Part shown: positions 7,910 through 17,160 of the stretch, in pieces
How the letters are laid out: the number at the start of each line of letters is the position of its first letter
Numbering within the stretch: position 1 is the first letter of the stretch
Origin: Candidatus Heimdallarchaeota archaeon
Lineage (GTDB): Archaea; Asgardarchaeota; Heimdallarchaeia; Heimdallarchaeales; Kariarchaeaceae
NCBI GenBank assembly: GCA_015523565.1
Contig: WAKA01000046.1
Location: 1-49,819, forward strand
DNA: 49,819 nucleotides
Direction of reading: 5' to 3'
The notes under the pieces: model-generated
Databases searched by the model: none
Told to the model about the DNA's origin: nothing
The model's input: the letters and a program-made list of their open reading frames with translations, nothing else
Position numbers and translations under genes: made by a program

Positions 7910-9583
7910 ATGGCAAAGGATTATAAAAATTTGCAAGAGGAAATAATTGATGTTTGCCTACGTCGGGGGATAATCTTTCCGACTGCTGAAATTTATGGTG
8001 GCGCTTCTGGTTTTTATGAATTCGGTCCTATTGGTGAGCTTATTCGTCAAAATCTCATTAGCCTTTGGCGATATCATTTCATAAAGTCAGAGGAGAATAT
8101 TCATGAGATTTCTGGCTCAACAATCCTTCCCGAAAAAGTATTTGAGGCAAGTGGTCATCTGGAAACATTCAATGATCCTTTGACCCAATGCATGAAATGC
8201 AAGTCAATGTTCAGAGTGGATCATTTGCTGGAAAATGTTGATCCCTCCAAAAATTACGATGCCATGAGTTTGGATGAATTGTCTGAAGAATTGAAAAAAA
8301 GTGGCTTGGTTTGTCCAAAATGTAAAGGGGAATTGGGTGATGTCCGATCATTCAATTTGATGTTTGAGACGAAAATTGGCCCATCTGGTGGGATTCGGGG
8401 GTTCCTCCGTCCAGAGACCGCCCAAAACATATTCATCAATTTTCGGCGTATCTCGCATAGTATGCGTTCCAAATTGCCATTTGGAATTGCTCAAGTGGGA
8501 AAAGCATACCGGAATGAGATTTCTCCAAGAAACTTCCTCATTCGCCTTAGGGAATTCGAGCAAATGGAAATTGAGATGTTTGTGGATCCAGAACATATGA
8601 ATTCCCATCCAAGATGGGATGAAGTGTCCACAATGGAAATTCCAATCCTTACCCGCGATGCACAAAAGAACGGTGGGAAAGCCATTATGATTTCTGTTGA
8701 GGATGCATTGAAACAAGGGTTGATCCCCAATCAATTTTTTGGCTATTTTATGGCTTTAGAATCAGAATTCGTCAAGTCTTTGGGTGTTTCAGAAGACAAA
8801 TTCTGGTTCAGGCATTTGCTTGAATCTGAGACGGCACATTACAGCAAGGCAAATTATGACCTGGAAATTGAATTTCCCTTTGGTATTGTTGAGTGCATCG
8901 GTAACGCGTATCGGACGGACTATGATTTGAAAAAACATGCCGAAAAATCAAAGACAAAGCTTCAAATTGTTACTGATGATGGTAGGAAGGTTGTTCCCCA
9001 CGTTATTGAACCTTCCTTCGGTGTGCAACGTCTATTTTACATTCTCCTTCTCAGTTCTTACCGAAAAGGTGACAGGGAATGGACATGGTTCCAATTTCCT
9101 TACTCTGTTGCTCCTTATGAGGTGGTTGTGGCACCCTTAATGAAGAAAGACGGATTGAAGGAAGCAGCTTATGATTTCTTTTGGGATTTGAAAGATGAGG
9201 GCATCGATGCAATTTACGATGAATCAGGACAAATTGGCAAGAGATATGCAAGAGCAGATGAAATTGGTGTTCCTTTTGTCTTCACTGTTGATTACCAGTC
9301 ATTGGATGATGAAACTGTTACCATCCGTGATAGGGATACAACTAAACAATACCGTATTCCAATGTCAGAAGCTAGTGATGTCATAAGGGAATTGATTTTC
9401 AATGTCCTCACTTTTGAAGACCTTAAAAATGAGTTCAAGGAAATCAATTCTGGAAAAAAACATGGCTCCGATAAGGAACCCTCCCCCAAGAATGGGAAAA
9501 AAACAGAAGCCAAGAAAAACCCTGAAGGAAAGAAAGGCAAAAAAGGGAAAAAGAAAGGTCAATCCAAGAAATCCAAGAAATAA
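7910..9583 (+). CDS. glyS: Glycine--tRNA ligase (alpha2, archaeal/eukaryotic type) with Lys-rich C-terminal tail
   Basis: RRGIIFPTAEIYGG, ASGHLETFND, FLRPETAQNIF, GKAYRNEISPR, RLREFEQMEIE, HVIEPSFGVQR, IGKRYARADEIG. Confidence 0.95.
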   Translation: MAKDYKNLQEEIIDVCLRRGIIFPTAEIYGGASGFYEFGPIGELIRQNLISLWRYHFIKSEENIHEISGSTILPEKVFEASGHLETFNDPLTQCMKCKSMFRVDHLLENVDPSKNYDAMSLDELSEELKKSGLVCPKCKGELGDVRSFNLMFETKIGPSGGIRGFLRPETAQNIFINFRRISHSMRSKLPFGIAQVGKAYRNEISPRNFLIRLREFEQMEIEMFVDPEHMNSHPRWDEVSTMEIPILTRDAQKNGGKAIMISVEDALKQGLIPNQFFGYFMALESEFVKSLGVSEDKFWFRHLLESETAHYSKANYDLEIEFPFGIVECIGNAYRTDYDLKKHAEKSKTKLQIVTDDGRKVVPHVIEPSFGVQRLFYILLLSSYRKGDREWTWFQFPYSVAPYEVVVAPLMKKDGLKEAAYDFFWDLKDEGIDAIYDESGQIGKRYARADEIGVPFVFTVDYQSLDDETVTIRDRDTTKQYRIPMSEASDVIRELIFNVLTFEDLKNEFKEINSGKKHGSDKEPSPKNGKKTEAKKNPEGKKGKKGKKKGQSKKSKK

Positions 9584-9630
9584 AGCCACTACTGAAAAAT
9601 AAATAAAGTCCGAAAAAGATGGAATCTCAT

Positions 9631-9774
9631 ATGACTCTTTATAGATGTGTCAACTGCAAGCAGAGAATCAATCCAAGTGAGTTGGTTGAGGAACGTATTC
9701 AATGCACCTATTGTGGCTACCGTATTCTTGAAAAAGCAAGACCTGAAATTGTCCATAAAATCAAGGCAAGATAA
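9631..9774 (+). CDS. rpoP: DNA-directed RNA polymerase subunit Rpo12 (P)
   Basis: Manual translation: MTLYRCVNCKQRINPSELVEERIQCTYCGYRILEKARPEIVHKIKAR*. This is the Y.C..C...IxC..CGYRIL.K.R......KAR signature. It is shorter than any ORF in the track. An alternative in-frame ATG lies at 9619. Confidence 0.92.
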   Translation: MTLYRCVNCKQRINPSELVEERIQCTYCGYRILEKARPEIVHKIKAR

Positions 9775-9832
9775 TTCTAAAACAAGGACCGTTTGGACAA
9801 ACTTTAATTTCATGGATCAGTAAATCATATAG

Positions 9833-10816
9833 ATGTTAAGCGGGAATAAAAGAAAGTTATTGATGCAGGGGGAAATCCAACATCCTGCAATTAAGGTCAA
9901 GGAATATTCTGATGAAGAAGCAGTGGAAATGTGGCGTAAAGTCGGTCGAATCGGTGCAGAAATACGTGAAAAAGTAGCTGCAAAAGTCAAGGCTGGTGGA
10001 AAGGTATGGGACGTCTGTAAATACACCGACGATCTAATCAAAGAGTATGGGGTTAAGCCTTCCTTCCCTGTAAATATTAGCATTAATGACATTGCAGCAC
10101 ACTATACGTCTCCTATCAATGATGAATTAAGATTTCCCAAACGGGGCGTTGTAAAAATTGATCTTGGAGTTTCAATAGATGGATTCATCTCTGATACAGC
10201 TACTAGCGTGGATCTTGACGGTTCATACAAAAAGCTTCTTGCCTCCACTGAAAAAGCATTGGAGGCCGCAATTGAATTGATGCGACCTGGTGCAAACACA
10301 GGCACTATTGGTGGGGTCATTGAAAAAACAATAAAGGAACATGGTTTCACTCCTGTTAAGGAATTAAGGGGTCATTCTGTTGAACGATATGTGGTTCACG
10401 GGCAAAAAATTGTACCCAATGTCTATGTAGAAAAAGGAGATACCATGGAAACGGGTGACATAATTGCAATCGAACCCTTTGCAACCACTGCATTGGGTGG
10501 TTTGCAAGAAGACCTTTCACGTGTCAATATCTTCAGGATACTCCCTTATCGGGTTCCACTTCGAACAAAGCCTGCAAAGAGAATACAACAACTTGCAATC
10601 TATGAATTTGGCGGTCTTCCTTTTGCAGAAAGATGGTTGCTTGAAATGGGATTGTCAAAAGCAGAGATTCGTGTGGGTATGAGGGAGCTTAGAAAAGCAG
10701 GTGCCTTCCATGAATACCATGTCCTTAGAGCAACAGAAAAAAACGCGGTTATTAGCCAACATGAGCATACCTTAATGATTACCGAAGATGGTTCTGAGGT
10801 ATTGACTAAGTTATAA
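9833..10816 (+). CDS. map: Methionine aminopeptidase type II
   Basis: FPVNISINDIAAHYTS, KIDLGVSIDGFISDTA, GHS, AIEPFAT, type II insert LPFAERWL, SQHEHT. Start may be ATG 9863. Confidence 0.93.
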   Translation: MLSGNKRKLLMQGEIQHPAIKVKEYSDEEAVEMWRKVGRIGAEIREKVAAKVKAGGKVWDVCKYTDDLIKEYGVKPSFPVNISINDIAAHYTSPINDELRFPKRGVVKIDLGVSIDGFISDTATSVDLDGSYKKLLASTEKALEAAIELMRPGANTGTIGGVIEKTIKEHGFTPVKELRGHSVERYVVHGQKIVPNVYVEKGDTMETGDIIAIEPFATTALGGLQEDLSRVNIFRILPYRVPLRTKPAKRIQQLAIYEFGGLPFAERWLLEMGLSKAEIRVGMRELRKAGAFHEYHVLRATEKNAVISQHEHTLMITEDGSEVLTKL

Positions 10817-10947
10817 AAATCTAACAAAAGAAATGTTCAATGACTTACAAATGTAATCGAATAATTAGAAATACTTAAATTGTGTTCCTCAATAAATTTG
10901 CTTGTTCAAGAAAACTTGAACCATTAAAATCAATTAGACGAGGTTGA

Positions 10948-11280
10948 ATGACAATATTCGATGATGAAACTGAAACCTGCTCAACATGTGGATTGCCTGA
11001 TGACCTTTGCATCTGTACAGAAGTAGCAAAAACAGAGGCAAGGCTTAAGGTAATATTAGAAAAACGAAAATGGGGAAAGGTCTACACTATAATTTCTGGA
11101 CTTGACCCGAAGGAATTTGACCTGAAAAAGATAGCCAATACCCTGAAAACAAAACTGGCTTGTGGCGGTACTGTAAAAGGGGAAAACATCGAGCTTCAGG
11201 GGAATCATGAGTTCAGGATACTTGATTTGCTTGAAGAAATGGGTTTTGACAAGGATTCCATTGATTTGATCAGAAAGTGA
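10948..11280 (+). CDS. yciH: Translation initiation factor aIF1 (SUI1/YciH)
   Basis: CSTCGLPDDLCIC, R(K)WGKVYTIISGL, LKTKLACGGTVK, IELQGNH. Confidence 0.93.
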   Translation: MTIFDDETETCSTCGLPDDLCICTEVAKTEARLKVILEKRKWGKVYTIISGLDPKEFDLKKIANTLKTKLACGGTVKGENIELQGNHEFRILDLLEEMGFDKDSIDLIRK

Positions 11281-11283
11281 CCT

Positions 11284-11982
11284 ATGAGTTTTGAAATTGG
11301 ACTTGGGGTATCCACTCGGAAAGATTCATGGATTTTCTCAAAACTCAATCTGAGATTATGGTATGGCACATCAAATGCCTGTGATGAATGGTGTTTGCTC
11401 AAATATCTCCTTAATCTCACAAGTCTTCACCATAGGATTGGGATTGCAACAATTTCATATCTTTTCTTAAAAGATCTTTCTGCCGATTTGCAAACCCTAA
11501 TTCAAAAAAACCCAGATGTTAAAATCTCCGTAGGAATTGGTGATCGATTTCGCTTGAAAAAATACAAGCCGTCTGTTTCTCATTTGAAAGAGTCTGTTTC
11601 CCGATACCCGTTCATTAATTACATTGCAACCTCTTATCCTCCACTGATAAAGTTTGCATCTGAAAACGATTTTGGCATAATCTTCAATTCAGGGTCTATT
11701 TCTGAAATTCAATCTGCTATTGGACTTATCGATCCACAATTGATAATCGCGTATTTGCCTGTTTACCTACCCAGATTGCCATTGCCTGAAAAAAAGGCAT
11801 ATGACGCGTGGGTTTCCCGGATGGTAGGCAAGCGAACTCGCAGTGATGTGGAAGTCCATCTGGAACATCTTTCTCAACGCATAATTCATTTGAAAGAAAT
11901 GGGGATCGGTGGTGTTATCCTTTCCGCACCTTGGTCTCAAAATTCAGTAAGGAAATTGCAGGAAATTCTTAGACATCTCTGA
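11284..11982 (+). CDS. Divergent luciferase-like (LLM/F420-dependent family) TIM-barrel protein
   Basis: Weak resemblance to Mer/LLM proteins (RLWYG...D.W.LL..L...T...RIGIA; ISVGIGD; YIATSYPPLIKFA..ND.GIIFN; HLKEMGIGGVILSAP); short and degenerate. Confidence 0.45.
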   Translation: MSFEIGLGVSTRKDSWIFSKLNLRLWYGTSNACDEWCLLKYLLNLTSLHHRIGIATISYLFLKDLSADLQTLIQKNPDVKISVGIGDRFRLKKYKPSVSHLKESVSRYPFINYIATSYPPLIKFASENDFGIIFNSGSISEIQSAIGLIDPQLIIAYLPVYLPRLPLPEKKAYDAWVSRMVGKRTRSDVEVHLEHLSQRIIHLKEMGIGGVILSAPWSQNSVRKLQEILRHL

Positions 11983-12970
11983 CAATAAGGTCTTCTGAAC
12001 TTGGTCCAGTTGATATAAATTTAACTGGGACTTTTGCAACATCTTCAATTTTTTCTATGAATTCATATGCATCTCTTGGAATGTCTTGTTCTTTGGTTTT
12101 TCCTTTCATTTCAGGATATAGGATGTCCATTTTGGTTAACGCCAAACTGGTAGCTCCATTGAGCCTGACTGATTTTTTCGCCAAAGAAAAGTCAAACGGG
12201 GCCGCTCTTCTTGGTCTTCCTGTGACTGTTCCGAACTCAACCCACCCTCTTTTCTTTATTTCCTCTTCTGGAAGCTCTCCATTTAAGGGACCACTGCCCA
12301 CTCTTGTAGTGAATGCTTTGAATACCACAATAACCTCGTCTACTTTTGTTGGACCTATTCCAACATCAGCTGCAAACGTTGGCGCTGTCACGTCTTTGGA
12401 TGTGACATATGGGTAAGTGCCATGTATCAAACTAAGATGTGTCGCTTGTGACCCCTCAATCAATATTTCTCCCCCATTTTCAATTATTTCATTCAAATCA
12501 TCTGAGACATCTGTAAGATAAGGTTCCAATTCCGGAATGTCTTTGGCCAATTTCAACACTCTACGTGCCCTGTCTTCATTTGCAGGTCCACACCCCGTCC
12601 CTGTTGATTTAACGATCTCTTGAAGATAGTTGTCTTTCCTGTCCCGTTCTATGTGTTTTTGCTCAATAATCCCTGTTTGGTAATCTACAAATATTCTTCC
12701 TTTTACCCCTGTTGTTTCAATCTCTTGAAGAAGCACATTTGGATTCACAAGAACCCCTGCCCCTATATACAATTTTGCGTTTTCATTGAAAAATCCAGAT
12801 GGGATTAATCTTAATTTGTATTTTTTCCCATTGTGTACCACAGTATGTCCTGCATTGGGACCCGTTCCTGCTCTGGCAATGGCATCAAGTTCCATTGTTC
12901 TTGCTAAATATGAAACGATCTTGCCCTTCCCCTCGTCTCCAAATTGTCCTCCTGCTATAATTATAGTCAC
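11969..12970 (-). CDS. purA: Adenylosuccinate synthetase (short archaeal type)
   Basis: GGQFGDEGKGK, GPNAGHTV, TGTGCGPA, EGSQ, GTYPYVTS, TTRVGSGP, EFGTVTGRPRR, LTKMD. Confidence 0.95.
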   Translation of the reverse strand: MTIIIAGGQFGDEGKGKIVSYLARTMELDAIARAGTGPNAGHTVVHNGKKYKLRLIPSGFFNENAKLYIGAGVLVNPNVLLQEIETTGVKGRIFVDYQTGIIEQKHIERDRKDNYLQEIVKSTGTGCGPANEDRARRVLKLAKDIPELEPYLTDVSDDLNEIIENGGEILIEGSQATHLSLIHGTYPYVTSKDVTAPTFAADVGIGPTKVDEVIVVFKAFTTRVGSGPLNGELPEEEIKKRGWVEFGTVTGRPRRAAPFDFSLAKKSVRLNGATSLALTKMDILYPEMKGKTKEQDIPRDAYEFIEKIEDVAKVPVKFISTGPSSEDLIVRDV

Positions 12971-13184
12971 AAGTTCGGATTGACATTGATGATAAATAAG
13001 CTTTGGAAAGGTACCAATGTTTAGTCAATTATTATCTGGCTATAGACTTTTACATCAATAGAAGAAACCTTATATTTCCAACGACAATAGTAAACTTGGA
13101 TAGTTATTATCCATTTCATCTATGGACGAGCAATCGTTTGCGACCTATTGAATCAATCAAATGACGATTCAAAGGTAAAATATC

Positions 13185-13358
13185 ATGTCAACAGTAAATA
13201 TATTAACCCCTACCCAATACGATAAAGCGAGAGAAAACATAGTTGCATTGGACTCTCTCTGCATGAATTGCAAATTCAAAGGCAAAAGTTTTCTTTGCCT
13301 TGTTCTGAAGAAAGATTACCCCAACGTGAAACAATGCGATTCTTATTCACCAAAATAA
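13185..13358 (+). CDS. 57-aa four-cysteine microprotein (putative Zn/Fe-S binding)
   Basis: Manual translation: MSTVNILTPTQYDKARENIVALDSLCMNCKFKGKSFLCLVLKKDYPNVKQCDSYSPK*. AAGGT SD-like sequence upstream; C-x2-C-x8-C-x12-C pattern; fills an otherwise empty gap. Confidence 0.55.
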   Translation: MSTVNILTPTQYDKARENIVALDSLCMNCKFKGKSFLCLVLKKDYPNVKQCDSYSPK

Positions 13359-13462
13359 ATCCTCTCATAAATTAAATTGTTCAAATTTTAATTCATTGTC
13401 CAAAATAATGGTTGATGGTGAAAAAATATAAAAGAACTATACGTCATAATAAATTGTACATA

Positions 13463-14020
13463 ATGATGAAAAGGTTGGTATCAAAACTAGTACTATGTGG
13501 TGATCTTGCAGTCGGAAAGACCTCAATTAGAAGAACCTATTTTGGAGATGGATTTATCCGTGATCATCTCTCTACACTAGGGGCTGATTTTGCCATTAAA
13601 AGAATAAAGATTGATGAAAATACCCAACTTGAACTGCAAATATGGGATCTTGCAGGTCAACCTGGATTTGAAAGCCTTAGAAAACGTTTTTTCAAGGGTG
13701 CTGGCAGTGTTATGCTTGTTTTTGATCTTACGAGACGTGAAACATTTGAAAATCTAGACTATTGGTTTTCCCAATTATGGGCTGCCAGTCCCAATCAATC
13801 CATGGTTGTGGCTATTTTAGGAAACAAAAACGATCTTGAGAAACATACTGTAAAGCCAGAAGAAGTTGATAGATATTTTGAGAAACTTAGAACTAAATAC
13901 GGGTTGGAGAAAAACCAGATGCGGTATTATGAAACCTCTGCCCTCACTGGGGAAAATATTGAAGAATGCTTCCAATTTGTAAGCAATGCGCTTCTTCAGG
14001 AAATTAAAATGCAAAATTGA
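13463..14020 (+). CDS. Rab-like small GTPase (second paralogue)
   Basis: GDLAVGKTS, TLGADF, LQIWDLAGQ, FFKGA, LVFDLT, GNKND, ETSAL. ATG 13463 preferred over TTG 13412. Confidence 0.92.
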   Translation: MMKRLVSKLVLCGDLAVGKTSIRRTYFGDGFIRDHLSTLGADFAIKRIKIDENTQLELQIWDLAGQPGFESLRKRFFKGAGSVMLVFDLTRRETFENLDYWFSQLWAASPNQSMVVAILGNKNDLEKHTVKPEEVDRYFEKLRTKYGLEKNQMRYYETSALTGENIEECFQFVSNALLQEIKMQN

Positions 14021-14068
14021 AACAATAAACAAAAAACCTTTTGTCATCCATAATGGTTTTCCTAATAG

Positions 14069-15454
14069 ATGCGGATACCTGATGGGCTATTGGCGCAATA
14101 TTTAATTATCTTCGGCTGGATTTTCCTTATTATTTGGATTGTCTATCTGGGTCGTCAAAACTTTCTTTTGACAAATAGAACATATCCTCGTGTTGCATCC
14201 TTTACAGCCCTGCAGTTTATCCTTCAGATTGTTCTTATCCCCCTTTTTCACTTTCCAATTGCTCTTGGACTTTCTGGTATACCGTTCACTGTCCTTACAT
14301 TGGGTTTCAGACTTGGATTGTTTGCCACAACTGCAAGCTTGATTTTATCTGGATTTTTAATTCCCGGAAATTTTGCGTCCCTTGGAGTCAATGTGATGAA
14401 TGTTGTGCTTGCCTCATTGATTGTATTGTTGCCGACTCGCTTATTTATCAGAAATAGAAAGAATAAAACTGTGAGAGGAGTATTGATTTTTTTTGTGACA
14501 TGGCTTTTCATTTTTGTTGAAGGTTCCATTATTTCCCTTGAAATGTTCCTTTCCAATATTTTTCTTAATTTAACAGTCACTTTTACCTTTCTTGCTGTAA
14601 TTTCAGTGATTGGACTAATTGAGGGTCTTCTTACTTCATTTCTTTTCAGGGTGATTCAAGAGGGGGATGAAATCAGTTTTGATGTATCAAAAGCCAAAAA
14701 GCCATTACCAAGAGCTTTGAGAGAAAAAACAGCCTTCAAACTTGAATACGACCCTTTAGGAAGATATGGTCGCCTTGACCCTAGAAGCAAGATTATCGCC
14801 AGTTCCGCGATTTTGGTGGGGTTGGCACTTTCATTTGAACTATATCAGGAATTGTTTTATTTTTTCATGATTTTCCCCATGGCTTTAATTTACCGTCCTT
14901 CTAAAAGGTTTTTCAAAAGGCTTTTAATGGCAATTCCCGTAGCGATACTTATAACAATTCTTCTTTATTTTGCATTTCAACAGGATCGACACGCCCAAGC
15001 ACTGAAATTAGGATTCCGATATTTTATCTCAATAATGCATTCTTCTCTCCTTCTAGAATCTGAAGATTCATACTATAAAATATTGGAAGCCTTGCGTGGT
15101 TTGGGCATTCCCAAATCAATCGTGAACACTATTCTAATTGCTCTAAAAATGGCAAATTTGCTTTGGCAGGATTACAACTTGCTGAAACAAGCAGCAATTG
15201 AACGTGGAGCCGCATTGAATTTTGGTTTCCAGTCAAATTGGTTTAAAGTTGCTTCCCTTCATTTTACATTGATCGGTCGTCTGTTCGAGAAAGGACAGTC
15301 TTATTCAAAAGCAATCAGTGACAGTCTTGATGAACGAGGATTCAGCGGAGATTTCTTAATCAACTTAAGTCCAATCACAAGTGAAGGAATAACAATTGCA
15401 AGTATTGTATCCGCCATGTCTTTGCTTATAATGCTAAGCAGGTTTTGGATGTAG
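14069..15454 (+). CDS. Fused ECF Co/Ni-type transporter S component (CbiM/NikM-like) + T component (CbiQ/EcfT-like)
   Basis: N-terminus MRIPDGLL (cf. MHIPDGFL), GNFASLGVNVMN, IGLIEGLLT; then RLDPRSKI, ALRGLGIPK, AAIERG, LDERGF. Confidence 0.8.
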   Translation: MRIPDGLLAQYLIIFGWIFLIIWIVYLGRQNFLLTNRTYPRVASFTALQFILQIVLIPLFHFPIALGLSGIPFTVLTLGFRLGLFATTASLILSGFLIPGNFASLGVNVMNVVLASLIVLLPTRLFIRNRKNKTVRGVLIFFVTWLFIFVEGSIISLEMFLSNIFLNLTVTFTFLAVISVIGLIEGLLTSFLFRVIQEGDEISFDVSKAKKPLPRALREKTAFKLEYDPLGRYGRLDPRSKIIASSAILVGLALSFELYQELFYFFMIFPMALIYRPSKRFFKRLLMAIPVAILITILLYFAFQQDRHAQALKLGFRYFISIMHSSLLLESEDSYYKILEALRGLGIPKSIVNTILIALKMANLLWQDYNLLKQAAIERGAALNFGFQSNWFKVASLHFTLIGRLFEKGQSYSKAISDSLDERGFSGDFLINLSPITSEGITIASIVSAMSLLIMLSRFWM

Positions 15455-15462
15455 GTGAAGAA

Positions 15463-16179
15463 ATGACAAAGAAAAAATTGGCCATTCATTTTAATGATGT
15501 GAATTTTACATATTTGGGGAAAAAGGTAATTGAAGATTTTAATTATAGAATATACGAAAAAGAATTTGTTGCTTTAGTTGGTCCTTTTGGTTCTGGAAAG
15601 ACAACACTTCTTAAGTTATGTAATGGCTCTTTAAAACCACAAATAGGAGATGTATTTCTTAAGGGAAAGTCAACAAATCAATACCATGCACGAGAACTTT
15701 CACAAATCACTGGTTTCCTTCATGAGAACCCTGAAAATCAATTGTTTCTCGATACAGTGTTTGATGACATTGCTTTCGGACCAAAAAATTTTGGGATCCC
15801 CATGGGTGAAATCAACAAAAGAGTCATCTCAGTTTCAAAAAAAATTGGAATTGCTGATATTCTGGATCGACAGATCAATTCATTAAGCTTTGGTGAAAAA
15901 AAACTGGTTGCTTTAGCAGGGATACTCATTACAAATCCTGATTTCCTCTTGTTGGATGACCCCTTATTGGGGCTTGATTTTTGGACAACAGATCACTTGA
16001 TTAACCTCTTGACCAAACTTAAAAAAGTTACAACAATTGTCTGCACCGCAAACCAATGGGAAATCCTTGAAATAGTTGATCGCATATTGCTGATTGAAAA
16101 CGGCAAATTTGTGGAAGATTTTGAAAGCATGGATGAATTCCATCAATATTATCTGGAAAAACAAAGGATATTTCGATAG
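15463..16179 (+). CDS. ECF transporter ATPase (CbiO/EcfA-like), degenerate motifs
   Basis: GPFGSGKTT, NPENQLFLDTVFDDIAFGPKN, LSFGEKK, LLLDDP. GGTGA SD before ATG 15463. Confidence 0.85.
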   Translation: MTKKKLAIHFNDVNFTYLGKKVIEDFNYRIYEKEFVALVGPFGSGKTTLLKLCNGSLKPQIGDVFLKGKSTNQYHARELSQITGFLHENPENQLFLDTVFDDIAFGPKNFGIPMGEINKRVISVSKKIGIADILDRQINSLSFGEKKLVALAGILITNPDFLLLDDPLLGLDFWTTDHLINLLTKLKKVTTIVCTANQWEILEIVDRILLIENGKFVEDFESMDEFHQYYLEKQRIFR

Positions 16180-16186
16180 AACCAAG

Positions 16187-16969
16187 TCAATTTAAGAATT
16201 GGAGAATAATTCCATGAATTTCATTTACTGCTTTCTCGAATTCTTCTAATACCCTGTTTCTTTCAGTATTGTTGTAATATACCCTTCCTAGTAGGCAAAA
16301 ATCTGTTAACCCTATCCTATGAATTAACCATGCTTCATTGATGTAATTTTTGTCTCCAATTTTAACTGAATCCATTAATTTGCTTTCACCAATCCAGCTT
16401 CTTTCAAACGGTATCTCACTCAGGATCTCCATCAACAAGGTCAGTACATTTCCATTGCCCTTGTTCCAAACCTTAATAATGCCATCGTCGAGGTCTGCAA
16501 TAAATATTGTATCTAGATTTGGCAGTTTTCCTTGAAGATTCATTATTACCTTGTTCACATCTCCCAACGCCTCTTCGGGAAATTTCATTGTTGTAATGAG
16601 CTTTGCAATTTCCGATTTCATTTTTTCCTCATCTGGAATGCCTGTCACAAAATCAATGTTCAATAGTTTTTTATGGTAGCGATTTGTCACTTCTTCAATA
16701 GTCTTCTTTGTGAAGGGCTCATTGTCATATGTGTCCTGAATCACTATGTAGGCTAAATGGTCTATTTCAAGAGTTGCTATTTGGACATCTCCAATTTCAA
16801 CTTCCCTCAACTCTCCCTTTGGTTTGCCTGCCTTAAGTTCATGTCCCAAAAGCAATATTGTCTGTATTAATGAAATGAGCAGTTCTGAAGATATTTGGTA
16901 ATGCCCATCATTGAATAGTTCCATTCCTACTGATTTCTCCCTATCCAAGACTAAAAAGAAGTGTATCAC
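16187..16969 (-). CDS. Longin-like + roadblock-like two-domain protein
   Basis: N-half has the longin beta-beta-alpha-beta-beta-beta-alpha pattern (IHFFLVLD...ELLISLIQTILLLGHEL...LREVEIGDVQIATLE..LAYIVIQD). C-half (LDTIFIADLDDGII...WLIHRIGLTDFCLLG) is roadblock/longin-like. Confidence 0.55.
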   Translation of the reverse strand: MIHFFLVLDREKSVGMELFNDGHYQISSELLISLIQTILLLGHELKAGKPKGELREVEIGDVQIATLEIDHLAYIVIQDTYDNEPFTKKTIEEVTNRYHKKLLNIDFVTGIPDEEKMKSEIAKLITTMKFPEEALGDVNKVIMNLQGKLPNLDTIFIADLDDGIIKVWNKGNGNVLTLLMEILSEIPFERSWIGESKLMDSVKIGDKNYINEAWLIHRIGLTDFCLLGRVYYNNTERNRVLEEFEKAVNEIHGIILQFLN

Positions 16970-17160
16970 AATACCTTATTGACTTTGCTGATAAATGTGT
17001 TTTCGTATTTCGGAATATATTTTGCAAAAAAAAATTTCGTTTCCTATGTAATTTGAAGATTTTCTTAAATCGTAAAAAAAATTAATTTTCTTGCGAATCT
17101 TACATCCAATAAATTTATATTTTCATTTTTCCTCACATAAAATAATCTCAATAGAGACAA

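Noticed and set aside
9589-9813. 74-aa minus-strand ORF
   Set aside because: Antisense to the clear rpoP gene.
12971-13462. Long intergenic gap as replication origin or ncRNA
   Set aside because: No ORB repeats, no adjacent cdc6/orc1 and no tRNA-like fold seen; much of it is explained by the 57-aa ORF.
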